The notes beneath the pieces were generated by a model, which saw nothing but the letters and a program-made list of their open reading frames with translations, made no database searches and was not told where the DNA came from. DNA of 64,000 bases, taken from the NCBI GenBank assembly GCA_045588365.1, contig JAZNEB010000024.1, forward strand, positions 48,963 through 112,962, given 5' to 3'. The position numbers and the translations under genes are program-made. This DNA comes from Clostridia bacterium. Lineage in GTDB: Bacteria; Bacillota; Clostridia; CAKSNL01; HGM11501. Of the stretch, positions 45,396 through 55,346 are shown one piece after another (the first letter of the stretch is position 1; each line of letters begins with the position of its first letter).

Positions 45396-46690
45396 TGTAT
45401 TTTACAGAACACCATTACTCCGATATGAAGGAAACTTTGTATGTGGCAGAGCATAAAAGCGGTATGAAAATATATGTTCTTCCAAAGGCGGGATTTACCA
45501 AAAGCTACGCAATACTTGCTACCCGCTACGGCTCTGTGAACAATCACTTTACAGCTCCCAATGATACCGAAAGTACAAAAATTCCCGATGGAATTGCACA
45601 CTTTTTAGAGCATAAGATGTTTGACCAGAAGGACGGCTCAAATGTATTTGACAAATTTTCAAAATACGGAGCAAATGCCAATGCTTTTACGGGCTTTACC
45701 ATGACAGCCTATCTTTTCTCCGCATCCTCTTACTTTTATGAGAATCTTGAGACACTCCTTGATTATACCTTAAATCCCTATTATACCGACGAAACCGTAG
45801 AAAAGGAGCAGGGTATAATCGGTCAGGAAATAAGGATGTACGAGGATGACCCTGAGTGGAACGTATATTTCAATGCCCTTCGTGCCATGTATCTTGAAAA
45901 TCCAGTTAATATTGATATAGCAGGCACAGTTGAGTCCATCGCTGAAATTACCAAAGAAAAGCTTTATAAATGCTATAACACCTTTTACCACCCATCAAAC
46001 ATGGTACTCTTCTGTATAGGCGCAGTAACTCCCGCCAAGGTGGGAAGCTATGCAGAAAAGCTTATAGGTGCAGAAGAAAATCCGGGAGAAATAATAAATC
46101 ACTTCCCCAAAGAGCCCAAAAAGGTGGCAAAAAAGACAGTAAAGGAATTTTTCGATATAGGCACTCCTCAGTTTGTAATCGCCTACAAGGATGTAAATCT
46201 TCCGAAAAACGGAGATGACTTTATAAAAAAAGACGCCCGTATGAGTATTTTGCTTGAAATAATCGGAGGCAGAGGAAGCCGTCTTTATAACGACCTTTAT
46301 GACAAAAACCTTATAAATGACAGCTTTAGCTTCGCCTATGAGGGTGAGCTGACCTATGCTTTTTCTCTTTTCTCTGGCGAAAGCAGTGACCCTGACAAGG
46401 TTTTCTCCGCCATAAACGAAGAAATTACACGTCTTAAGGCAGAGGGCATATCCCCCGAGCTTTTCAAAAGAGCAAAAAGGGTTTGCTACGGCAGGGCTGT
46501 TTCAATGTTTGACAGACAGGAGAGCTTTGCAAATAACTTCTGTCAGTTTGCCGTAAAGGGTGCAGATTTAATGACCTATCCCCAGATAATCGACAAAACA
46601 GAGCTTTCGGATATTGAGAACTGTCTTAAGGCAATGGACAACGACCTTTCTGTCCTTTCTGCCATCTATCCCAAAAAGGAGGAAAACTGA
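45395..46690 (+). CDS. M16-family zinc peptidase (active subunit)
   Basis: 431 aa; inverzincin motif HFLEH plus downstream E. Confidence 0.8.
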   Translation: MYFTEHHYSDMKETLYVAEHKSGMKIYVLPKAGFTKSYAILATRYGSVNNHFTAPNDTESTKIPDGIAHFLEHKMFDQKDGSNVFDKFSKYGANANAFTGFTMTAYLFSASSYFYENLETLLDYTLNPYYTDETVEKEQGIIGQEIRMYEDDPEWNVYFNALRAMYLENPVNIDIAGTVESIAEITKEKLYKCYNTFYHPSNMVLFCIGAVTPAKVGSYAEKLIGAEENPGEIINHFPKEPKKVAKKTVKEFFDIGTPQFVIAYKDVNLPKNGDDFIKKDARMSILLEIIGGRGSRLYNDLYDKNLINDSFSFAYEGELTYAFSLFSGESSDPDKVFSAINEEITRLKAEGISPELFKRAKRVCYGRAVSMFDRQESFANNFCQFAVKGADLMTYPQIIDKTELSDIENCLKAMDNDLSVLSAIYPKKEEN

Positions 46691-47505
46691 TGAAAACCCA
46701 TGTGGCTTTCCCCAATTTGGGGCTTGACATGACCTTAAACAGAAGACTCGTTGAATTTGACGCTTTCGGAGGAGGCATATATTACTATGCACTCATAATT
46801 TGCGCAGGCTTTATTTTAGCCTGGCTTTACATAAGTCATGAAGACAAAAAGCTTAAGGGAAAAAACGACCGTATTTTGGATATGGTACTTATAGGACTTC
46901 CCGTATCCATTATTTTTGCAAGGGCCTATTATGTAATTTTCTCCTTTGATTCATACAAGGACAACCTTTTGGATATTTTTAAGGTATGGAATGGCGGAAT
47001 TGCCATTTACGGCGGAATTATCGGTGCTTTTCTTACCGTATTTTTATACTGCAGAAAAAATGAGCTGTCCGTTATTTATTATCTGGATTTGCTTGCCCCT
47101 GCCCTTATGATAGGACAGGCCCTTGGCAGATGGGGTAACTTCGTTAACGGGGAAGCCTTCGGCTCCCTCACTTCGGAAAATTACCTTCTGGGTATGATGG
47201 TAAACGGTGAAGGTCCCTATCATCCCACATTTTTCTACGAATCAATGGGTAATGCCCTTGGCTTTTTAATTCTTCATTCAATCACAAGAAAGTCCCGTTT
47301 TTCAGGGTTTAGGCTGTATTTTTATATGATATGGTACGGAGCCTTAAGATTCTTTGTGGAAGCTTTAAGAACAGACAGTCTTTACATTCCTGATACGGAT
47401 ATAAGAGTCTCCTCTCTCCTTTCAGCTTTGATTTTTATAACGGGCTTATGTCTTATGATTACAGGTTATATGAAAAACAGACAAAAAAACACTTCTTTTG
47501 AATAA
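46690..47505 (+). CDS. lgt: Prolipoprotein diacylglyceryl transferase
   Basis: 271 aa; Lgt signature GQALGRWGNFVNGEAFG. Confidence 0.9.
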   Translation: MKTHVAFPNLGLDMTLNRRLVEFDAFGGGIYYYALIICAGFILAWLYISHEDKKLKGKNDRILDMVLIGLPVSIIFARAYYVIFSFDSYKDNLLDIFKVWNGGIAIYGGIIGAFLTVFLYCRKNELSVIYYLDLLAPALMIGQALGRWGNFVNGEAFGSLTSENYLLGMMVNGEGPYHPTFFYESMGNALGFLILHSITRKSRFSGFRLYFYMIWYGALRFFVEALRTDSLYIPDTDIRVSSLLSALIFITGLCLMITGYMKNRQKNTSFE

Positions 47506-47512
47506 AATTCCT

Positions 47513-47541
47513 TTGACTTTAGATAGTAACTATGGTATTAT
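47513..47541 (+). promoter_or_regulatory. Sigma-A promoter for SLH protein gene (TTGACT-17-TATTAT)
   Basis: hexamers 47513-47518 / 47536-47541; AAGGAGG RBS follows. Confidence 0.55.
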
Positions 47542-47583
47542 TATAGTACATTGGATACTATGTGCATTTAAGGAGGTAAATAT

Positions 47584-50500
47584 ATGCAGTCAGTAAAAAA
47601 ACTACTTTGTCTGGGACTGGTTTTTTCCATGCTTTTAACATCTTTCTGCTTTGTTTCGGCAGATGATACCGTTCCCGCAGAAGATACTGCAGTAAATGAT
47701 GCTACATCTTCCACAGAAATTACCGAAGCGGAGGCTCTCCCCACGGAATTTTCTGATATAGACTATGATTCGGTTATGGGAAAAGCCGTTGATTCGTTAA
47801 CAAACAAGGGAATAATCTCAGGCTATCAGGACGGCACCTTCAAGTCCGACCAGACCTTGACCCGTGCCGAGTTCGCAAAAATTATCGTATGCTTCAAGGA
47901 CGCCTCTTTATCTTCCTCGGAGCCTTCAGGCTTTCCTGATGTTGATGATGTGGGCGGAAGCGCTCACTGGGCACAGTCCTACATAAAAATAGCCAAGGAC
48001 ATGGGTATTATTTCAGGCTTCCCGGACGGTTCCTTCAGCCCTGATGCCCCCGTTACATATGAGCAGGCAACAAAAATGATTTTGTGCTCCTTAGGCTATA
48101 CAAATCTGGCTTATCCCCAGGGCTACATTCAGACAGCAGGTCAGAAAAGACTTTTTGTAAATTCTACCCATAAGGGTGCCACAAGCGACCCCATCACCAG
48201 AGGAACAACCGCTATTTTAGTAAATAACGCCTTTACCGTTCCTCAGAACAACAACATCTCAACAGAGACTCCCGGAACTACCGGCGGTGGCGGCGGTGGT
48301 TCCTTCGGCGACTCTTCTGCCGGCGGCGGTGGAGGTGGAGGCGGAGGCGGCGGAAACATCAAGCTTCCCGACGACCTTATCGAAAACCCCGTTGTAAAAA
48401 CAATGTACGGTGTTGTATGGGGCACTTTCTCCACAATGCTCGACACCACAAGAAGCTCCCTTTACGAAAATCAGATTTCTCTTCTTTGCGAAATCAAGGA
48501 CAAGGACACCAATGCAGTTTCCTACGAAAAGAAAACCTATTTCTTCCCCGAAAGCATGATTGGAAAATACGACAAGTATCTGGGTAAATACGTTAAAATA
48601 ACCCTATCCAGAGACGATGAGGGCGAAGAATATGTTTCTAAAATAGATTCCAACTTCCCCAAGAAGAATTATTCTGTTGACATTAAATTGGAGGATTTTA
48701 TACGCTTCTATGATGAAAATGCGGAAGATGATGATCCCTCCAATGACGAAACACAGAATTATATCCTTTCCTACTACAATTCCAAGGATAAAAAGGATAC
48801 TCTTAAATTCACCAACCCCGATGAGCTTTACGTTATTTATAACGGCAAGTCTATAAATACCGAAGAGGCTGAAGAATATTTATTCAATCCCGATTTCGTA
48901 GGGAACACCGCTATAGGCTCCTTTAAGTTCTTATCCTACGACGGAGATAAGAAAATAGACGTAATACTGGTTGATTCTTATAAGACCGCAGTGGTAAGCT
49001 CTAAAAACAAAAATACGGGCATTATAACCTTCCTTGACGGAAGCAAGCTTGATCTCACAAAAAATGATGCGGAATCCGACAGAGAAAGTGTCATTCTTAC
49101 CGACTCTACCACAGGTAAAAACATCACAATTTCAGACATTACCAAGTATGACGTAGTTGACTATAAGGAATCACTGGACGGTCTTTTATTATCTGCCTAT
49201 GTAACTCCCGTGAAGTCTGCCGCTTCAGGTTCGGTTTCCAAAATCAAGTTTGCATCCGAGGAGGTTTCTCCCGATGTTACAAGACCCATAATTGATGATG
49301 ACAGCTTTATTGAAATCAAAAATTCCACAACAAAGAAATCTTACAAATTCAACCCCTATTTCAAGGAAAGCTTCAATGCAAATCTGGCAGAGGATAAATA
49401 TATCCCCATGGTTGACGATACATTAAAGCTCTACCTTGATAAAGACGGAAAAATAGCTCACATGGAATATACGCTCACTACCGCAAATTCCAAATACGGT
49501 TATATAACCGATATGGCATTCAAGGTAGCTGAAAGAGACGATGAATATATCACAAATCCTGACGATGTAACTGAAGAAGATATCCCTGTTCTTAAAATGT
49601 ATCAGATATCTTCAAAGTCCTATACAAAAACTCCTGTTCCCGTTGCATCAAAGGTTATAGTTGACGGAAATATATATCGTAACAATCCCGTTGCGGTTTA
49701 CGAAAGACTTGTCCTGGCAGCTACAGTTGCAAACAGAGGTAAGCTTGATGCTAAGAACCAGAATATGACCTTTGCTTCCTTTGTCCGTTACGAAGTTACG
49801 GGCAGTGAAATAACCGTAATTGATACAATCTTGGATAAGGAAGGACACCTTTCCACAGAAACCGACGATCGCTACAATCTTTTGGTAAGAAGCGAAAAGT
49901 ACGTTTACGACGAGAGAGATTCTGCTCCCGGTAAGCTTTATGATTACGGAGGACAGCACATCTTCTGCACCTCTCCCTCCGCAGGCTTCCACACAGAAGG
50001 AACCTCCAAGCGTTTCAGAGTTAATTCCTCTACAAATATACTCTTTGTTCCCGGCAACAGATTGAGCGGAGCAGAATATTCGGTAGCTAAATATTCCTCT
50101 TCCAATTTTATTGCCTATATGAAATATTATGTAGAGGCATATAACCTTGATGCAAGTAACTATGCGGAATTTGTTCTTCAGTATATGACAGCAGGAAACG
50201 AGCAGATAACAGCTTATTCACAGACATCAACTCTCGGTGTTATAACTGAAATTTTAGACCCCGATATGGATGAAGTAGATGAATTTACTGTTAAGTACAG
50301 AACAAATTCAAGCACTTCTGTTTTAAGCATACTGATAAAAGACGATTATCCCGCTTACGCTAAGAGAGATAATCTTAAAGCGGGCGATGTAATCCTCTTC
50401 TCCAAATCAAGAGATAAGACATCAATTTACGATTACTACCACTCACTTGATGTAAATAATCTTCCCGTAAAGAGAATAGATGATACTGATCTTTTCTACT

Positions 50501-51498
50501 GTAAGAGCAATATAGATGACAGAAGAATTAAAGGCTTTGCAACATATCCCACCGACACAACGCAGGATTATACCGATGATGCAAGGTACAGAACAATTTA
50601 CGGAACTGCAGTTGAGTATGTTTCTTCAGACTCCACTCTTATAGTAAATCCTGCTCTTTCTACAGACTATCTTGCCCCCGATCACAATTTCGACGAAAGC
50701 TTCCTTGTTTCAAGCTCCACAAGACTCCTTGTTTATGACGAAGATGCAGAAACAATTACAGCCTATACCTCCTCTACCGCTACTACCTTAAAGGAATTCC
50801 TGTCAGGAGACGGAGGCGATGAGCAGGGTCTTTTAACAGCGGCTGACAACGGCGATTCTTTCGAGGGTTCGGACCATGTATTTGTTTACACCTCACTTAA
50901 TAATACTGCAAAGATAATCTATGTAATCCGTTCTTCTTCACAGAGAAATCCCGCTCCCTACAGCGACGATGTTGACGTATTGAACGGAGTGAGACAATCA
51001 GCAAAGAATTCTCTGGATTCTCATGTAAATCTCTCTTTATATGAAGAAATAGCAACCGCCATAAACGAAGTTATAGCTCAGGGTAAAGACGCAATTGATG
51101 AAGCAGAATCTTCAGAGGCTATCGAAGAGGCAACTATACTTGCCAAGGGCAAGATGGACGCTATCACCAATCTTTACTCCTATGTGGCTCCTGACGAATA
51201 CGAGGAGATTGCCGCAGATTTAAGGACTTTGGTTTCAGAGGGTATAGAAGCCATTAAAAATGCAGAAACAGTTTTCGATGCGGAAACTATCTGCTCTGAC
51301 TATAAAAACTCAATAGATGAGGCAATTGCAGCTTTAGAAGAACCTTCCGAAGAACTTGAAGAAGAGCCTTCCCAAGAACCTGAAGAAGAACCTTCCCAAG
51401 AACCTGAAGAAGAGCCTTCCCAAGAACCTGACGAAGAACTCGAGCCCGAACCCGAGACTGAGCCCGAGACTGAGCCTTCCGAGGAATTAACTGAATAA
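47584..51498 (+). CDS. Large S-layer-homology (SLH) domain surface protein with poly-Gly linker and acidic C-terminal repeats
   Basis: 1304 aa; signal peptide; SLH repeats near N-terminus (…ISGYQDGTFKSDQTLTRAEFAKII…, …ISGFPDGSFSPDAPVTYEQATKMIL…); G-run ~48280-48360; EEPSQEPE x3 24-bp tandem repeats ~51355-51430. Confidence 0.8.
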   Translation: MQSVKKLLCLGLVFSMLLTSFCFVSADDTVPAEDTAVNDATSSTEITEAEALPTEFSDIDYDSVMGKAVDSLTNKGIISGYQDGTFKSDQTLTRAEFAKIIVCFKDASLSSSEPSGFPDVDDVGGSAHWAQSYIKIAKDMGIISGFPDGSFSPDAPVTYEQATKMILCSLGYTNLAYPQGYIQTAGQKRLFVNSTHKGATSDPITRGTTAILVNNAFTVPQNNNISTETPGTTGGGGGGSFGDSSAGGGGGGGGGGGNIKLPDDLIENPVVKTMYGVVWGTFSTMLDTTRSSLYENQISLLCEIKDKDTNAVSYEKKTYFFPESMIGKYDKYLGKYVKITLSRDDEGEEYVSKIDSNFPKKNYSVDIKLEDFIRFYDENAEDDDPSNDETQNYILSYYNSKDKKDTLKFTNPDELYVIYNGKSINTEEAEEYLFNPDFVGNTAIGSFKFLSYDGDKKIDVILVDSYKTAVVSSKNKNTGIITFLDGSKLDLTKNDAESDRESVILTDSTTGKNITISDITKYDVVDYKESLDGLLLSAYVTPVKSAASGSVSKIKFASEEVSPDVTRPIIDDDSFIEIKNSTTKKSYKFNPYFKESFNANLAEDKYIPMVDDTLKLYLDKDGKIAHMEYTLTTANSKYGYITDMAFKVAERDDEYITNPDDVTEEDIPVLKMYQISSKSYTKTPVPVASKVIVDGNIYRNNPVAVYERLVLAATVANRGKLDAKNQNMTFASFVRYEVTGSEITVIDTILDKEGHLSTETDDRYNLLVRSEKYVYDERDSAPGKLYDYGGQHIFCTSPSAGFHTEGTSKRFRVNSSTNILFVPGNRLSGAEYSVAKYSSSNFIAYMKYYVEAYNLDASNYAEFVLQYMTAGNEQITAYSQTSTLGVITEILDPDMDEVDEFTVKYRTNSSTSVLSILIKDDYPAYAKRDNLKAGDVILFSKSRDKTSIYDYYHSLDVNNLPVKRIDDTDLFYCKSNIDDRRIKGFATYPTDTTQDYTDDARYRTIYGTAVEYVSSDSTLIVNPALSTDYLAPDHNFDESFLVSSSTRLLVYDEDAETITAYTSSTATTLKEFLSGDGGDEQGLLTAADNGDSFEGSDHVFVYTSLNNTAKIIYVIRSSSQRNPAPYSDDVDVLNGVRQSAKNSLDSHVNLSLYEEIATAINEVIAQGKDAIDEAESSEAIEEATILAKGKMDAITNLYSYVAPDEYEEIAADLRTLVSEGIEAIKNAETVFDAETICSDYKNSIDEAIAALEEPSEELEEEPSQEPEEEPSQEPEEEPSQEPDEELEPEPETEPETEPSEELTE

Positions 51499-51500
51499 CA

Positions 51501-51540
51501 AAATAAAAGCTTGTTTCTTTCGAAACAAGCTTTTATTTTC
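51501..51540. terminator. Bidirectional terminator (gcttgtttc-tttc-gaaacaagc + T-run)
   Basis: 9-bp stem, A-rich before, ttttatttt after. Confidence 0.7.
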
Positions 51541-51542
51541 CC

Positions 51543-51803
51543 CTACTTTTCAACGTGAATTCTTATGTCCAGTTTATTATCCTTTTTATCTTCCTCCAAT
51601 GCCTTGCCTCCTTTACCAAAGGAAAGCTCTGTAATCCATCTTAATATATCCGTTCTTATTTTAAGCTGCACCTCTTCATCAAAGGCTATGCGCTCCAGTT
51701 CCTTTAATGACTTTCTGGACAGAGCAGTAATCTCTTTTACATCGGCCTTTGTTTTTTTTAATGTCTTTTTTATAAGCTCATTCTTCTCTTTCATATTCAT
51801 CAT
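51543..51803 (-). CDS. Hypothetical small charged protein (86 aa)
   Basis: ORF with Lys/Glu-rich helical sequence; no recognisable motif. Confidence 0.35.
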   Translation of the reverse strand: MMNMKEKNELIKKTLKKTKADVKEITALSRKSLKELERIAFDEEVQLKIRTDILRWITELSFGKGGKALEEDKKDNKLDIRIHVEK

Positions 51804-52046
51804 CCTCCCTGTTGCAAGACTTATAAATCAAGCCCCCGAAAAGAACCCTGTTTTCCAGGTTAGCTTTTCCGGATATTTCCCCAAACTTCAGCACTTCACT
51901 TATTTCAGGATGCTCCAATTCTAAAATAAAACCACTCCTTTTTTAACTTAAAACGTCATTACATGGACAGAAAAATGCACCAACAGCCGTTGATGCTCCT
52001 GTATATTATATCACATTTTTACCGACTTGTCAAGTTATATATCAAA

Positions 52047-52085
52047 TAAAAATATTGCGGGGTAAATCCCCGCAATATTTTACAC
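52047..52085. terminator. Terminator (atattgcgggg-taaat-ccccgcaatat) at end of darA-containing operon
   Basis: 11-bp stem; T-run on minus-strand side. Confidence 0.65.
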
Positions 52086-52397
52086 TTTCCCGAATTCTGA
52101 AACATCCATTACAAAATAGGTTGCCCCGCCTACCAATATTTCCTTTGTTACACTTCCGTTGTGAAGTCCTCCGCCAATCTCCGGCTTTTTCTGTGTCCTC
52201 TGGGAACAGAATTTTGCAAGGAGCTCCTTTATTTTGGCAACCTTGTCATCCTCGGTTCCTATTAAAAGAGTTTTATTTCCCGTGTTCAGAAATCCCCCTG
52301 TTGTAGATAATGTTGTTACAAAAAAACCTTCATTTGTAAGAGCCGATGTGATTATGGCTCCATCGTCATTGTTTACTACTGCCAATACCAATTTCAT
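52080..52397 (-). CDS. darA: PII-like c-di-AMP receptor DarA (YaaQ/DUF970)
   Basis: 105 aa; aligns along whole length with B. subtilis DarA (MKL..A.V..D...TTGGFL..GN.T..G..DD...GGAT.FVM). Confidence 0.75.
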   Translation of the reverse strand: MKLVLAVVNNDDGAIITSALTNEGFFVTTLSTTGGFLNTGNKTLLIGTEDDKVAKIKELLAKFCSQRTQKKPEIGGGLHNGSVTKEILVGGATYFVMDVSEFGKV

Positions 52398-52415
52398 TTA
52401 ATAATTACCTCCTAA

Positions 52416-52922
52416 TTATAAATCAGTTGCTATAAGCTTGAAGCTTCCCCTGTCAAGCTTTTCAAAATCAACAATTTCATATCTGTTATCATTTGAGTCC
52501 TTGATTAAAACTCTGTTATCCTGAATGACCTTTATGTCAGTTTGTCGGTTTCTTATTTCAAATTCTCTTATGCCACGGTCGGTTAAAACCTCCCATTTAA
52601 GAACCCCGAATTTTTCGCTTCTTCCCAGAATCTTACTGATTTTAGGAATCATATAGTATTCTTCCAGTGCTTTTCGCAAGGCATTTCCCGATTCGGGCAT
52701 CAACGTATTTATATCCCTTACCACTGCAATCTCGCTTCCCTTTTCATCCAGGAGCGATATATATCTGTCAGGTCCCGTTATTGGGAAAAGACGTCTCGCC
52801 TCCACGTTTTTAAATCCGGTTCCGTCAAAAAATTCAATATCAAGTAAAAACGCTTCCGATGGGCTTATCTTAACCTCGTCGGCATTTATAAAAACTCTTG
52901 CCATAGCTACCCCTCCAATCAA
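52416..52922 (-). CDS. Hypothetical protein (DUF1854-like), translationally coupled to ABC exporter
   Basis: 168 aa; start overlaps ABC gene stop (ATGA); family assignment from memory only. Confidence 0.4.
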   Translation of the reverse strand: MIGGVAMARVFINADEVKISPSEAFLLDIEFFDGTGFKNVEARRLFPITGPDRYISLLDEKGSEIAVVRDINTLMPESGNALRKALEEYYMIPKISKILGRSEKFGVLKWEVLTDRGIREFEIRNRQTDIKVIQDNRVLIKDSNDNRYEIVDFEKLDRGSFKLIATDL

Positions 52923-55186
52923 AGCTTGATTTCATCTTCGGTAAGCTTTGAGCCGATAGACTGTATCCTGATTAAATTATAATACTTTCCTTTTTTAGCC
53001 ATAAGCTCCTCGTGGCTTCCGTTTTCTATAATTCTTCCGTTATCCACAACTAAAATTCTGTTAGCCTTTCTTAATGTAGAAAGTCTGTGAGCTATCATAA
53101 GTGTGGTTCTTCCGCTTATAAGATTGTCTATGGCATTCTGAATCATGGATTCAGTTTCCGAGTCAACCGCCGCAGTAGCTTCGTCGAAAATCAAAATAGC
53201 GGGATTTTTAAGTATTGCACGGGCTATTGATATTCTCTGCTTTTCGCCGCCAGAAAGACCAACGCCTCTTTCTCCCAGCATAGAATCATAGCCGTCAGGC
53301 TGCTTTATTATAAAGCCGTGGGCATTTGCTACATCCGCAGCATTCATTACCGCTTCAGGAGAAGCGGCAGGATCGCCATAGGCTATATTCTGATAGATAG
53401 TATCCGAAAACATCATTGGCTCCTGCTGAACATATCCCAGGTGGTCTCGGTAGCTTTGCAAATCCAGTTCCCTTATATCAACGCCGTCAAGCAGAATCTG
53501 ACCTTCATAATTGTCGTAATAGCGTAAAAGAAGATTTATGAGTGTGGTTTTTCCGCTTCCCGTTGTACCCACTATTCCCACTATATCTCCCGCATTTATG
53601 GTGAAGTTAACATCTGTGAGAACTTTTTTTGTTTTATCAAAGGCAAAGTTTACATTCTTGAATTCAATTTTTCCTTTTACTGTATCAGGCTTTATTCCGT
53701 CTTCTCTGTTTGCCTCAGGCTCTGCATCTATAACATCAAGCAATCTTTCAACGGATGCCAGTGCCGACTGGTAGGAATCTCCCAAAGATGAAAAGTACCT
53801 CACGGGAGCATAGAACATTGAAGTATAGGAAATAAAAGATACCAGTGTTCCTGCAGTAAGCCCTCCTGCTCCGTCTGCTCCGATTATCCAGAAGCCGCCG
53901 ATTGCCCAGATGGAAAGACCGCCGATTGTAATTAAAAATCCCATTATTTCAGGAAAAGCCGATGCAATTTTTGCCGTTTTATACTCGGTTTTAAGCCACT
54001 CGTTTGTGTAGAAATCAAATTTGTTTACTGCCGATTTTTCCCCTGAAAATGCCTTTACCACTCTTATGCAGGGGATACTGTCTGTAAGGATAGATGTAAC
54101 CCTCGCCCACTTACGCCATATTCTTCTGTAATAAGGCGCTATAACTTTGGCGAACAATCTTCCTATAAAAACAACAAAGGGCACGGGAATTAAGGCAAGC
54201 AAGGTAAGTCGCCAGTTCATCAAAAGCATAATAACCGCAATACCAATAAGCAAAAGTGCCTGATTTAATGCTGACTGGCTTATATTAAGCATAAATGACT
54301 GTATTGTTCCCGTATCACTGCTTATTCGGTTTATAACCTGGCCCGTGGGAGTTTTATCGTAAAATTTCATTGGCAGGAACTGTGCCTTTTTATACACATC
54401 ATTTCTTATTCTCGTTACAATTCTTGCCCCTGCTTTTCTTAAAGTAAAGTTTTTGAATATCATTACACCGTAATGATATATGTAGCAAAGAAGCATGAAA
54501 ATAACCAGCTTGATGAGCCCTATTCCATCCCCCTTTGGCAAAATGTCGTCAACGATAATCTTTGTGGCTATAGGGGGCAGAAGCTCAATTATTATAAGGG
54601 AAATTGAAATTAAAACACAAGCTATAAGCCTTCCGATTTCAGGCTTTATGTAGGGAATAAATTTACCGAATGCCTTGCTCTTTGAGGAACATTTTATGCA
54701 GGTTGCTCCAGGATGCAAAAGAGTTCTTCCGCACTTGGGACACACTCTCATAAGCTTTTCGTAGGTTCCCTCAACTCTTTCTATCTCCTCAGAAAAGTTT
54801 CCGCCACCGGATAAAGCATTTATAAAGGAAGAAGCCATATCCATAAGTGCCGCCACTGAGAAGGTATATCTCATAATGACTTTTTTATCTCCGTCCTTAG
54901 TAAAAAGCCTCATATATGCGTTTCCGTAAAGACGCTTAACCATGGTTTTTTCCACGTCGGAGATGAAATATTCCATAACATCTTCTTTATCTAAATCCAA
55001 AATAAAAAACCTTTTCTCGCTGACCACAAGGGCGCATCTTCCGTATTTAGCTTCCGGAGTGAGATCGCCTATTACAGCAAAAAGAAAAGGTTCGTCCTCT
55101 CTGTAAAACGGTTTTAAAAGCCCTTCCATATTTTCGGGGGCAGCCTTATTTATGAGCATAGAATCCATAAACGTCATATAAAACAC
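52919..55186 (-). CDS. ABC exporter (fused permease + ATPase) with ~180-aa N-terminal cytoplasmic extension containing a zinc ribbon
   Basis: 755 aa; N-terminal CPKCGRTL...CIKC; 6-TM ABC_membrane; Walker A GTTGSGKTT, LSGGEKQR, Walker B ILIFDEATAA. Confidence 0.85.
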   Translation of the reverse strand: MFYMTFMDSMLINKAAPENMEGLLKPFYREDEPFLFAVIGDLTPEAKYGRCALVVSEKRFFILDLDKEDVMEYFISDVEKTMVKRLYGNAYMRLFTKDGDKKVIMRYTFSVAALMDMASSFINALSGGGNFSEEIERVEGTYEKLMRVCPKCGRTLLHPGATCIKCSSKSKAFGKFIPYIKPEIGRLIACVLISISLIIIELLPPIATKIIVDDILPKGDGIGLIKLVIFMLLCYIYHYGVMIFKNFTLRKAGARIVTRIRNDVYKKAQFLPMKFYDKTPTGQVINRISSDTGTIQSFMLNISQSALNQALLLIGIAVIMLLMNWRLTLLALIPVPFVVFIGRLFAKVIAPYYRRIWRKWARVTSILTDSIPCIRVVKAFSGEKSAVNKFDFYTNEWLKTEYKTAKIASAFPEIMGFLITIGGLSIWAIGGFWIIGADGAGGLTAGTLVSFISYTSMFYAPVRYFSSLGDSYQSALASVERLLDVIDAEPEANREDGIKPDTVKGKIEFKNVNFAFDKTKKVLTDVNFTINAGDIVGIVGTTGSGKTTLINLLLRYYDNYEGQILLDGVDIRELDLQSYRDHLGYVQQEPMMFSDTIYQNIAYGDPAASPEAVMNAADVANAHGFIIKQPDGYDSMLGERGVGLSGGEKQRISIARAILKNPAILIFDEATAAVDSETESMIQNAIDNLISGRTTLMIAHRLSTLRKANRILVVDNGRIIENGSHEELMAKKGKYYNLIRIQSIGSKLTEDEIKL

Positions 55187-55201
55187 CTCGTTTTCTAATT
55201 G

Positions 55202-55218
55202 TGAATGACAAGCATTCA
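55202..55218. promoter_or_regulatory. Perfect palindrome TGAATG-ACAAG-CATTCA in leader of ABC operon (possible operator)
   Basis: between promoter (TTGACA-16-TATAAT, 55248-55275 minus) and RBS. Confidence 0.35.
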
Positions 55219-55308
55219 GTTAGTTACCAAGTATTTATTTTTACTTGATTATAACAGAGTTTTTTCACTTGTCAAGGTGTTTTTGCAATTTTTGTAACCT
55301 TTTTTGTC

Positions 55309-55346
55309 AAAAAAAATAAGGAAGCTAAGGCTTCCTTATTTTTAAT
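55309..55346. terminator. Terminator (aaggaagc-taag-gcttcctt + T-run) after zinc-ribbon membrane protein gene
   Basis: A8 before, atttttaat after. Confidence 0.65.
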
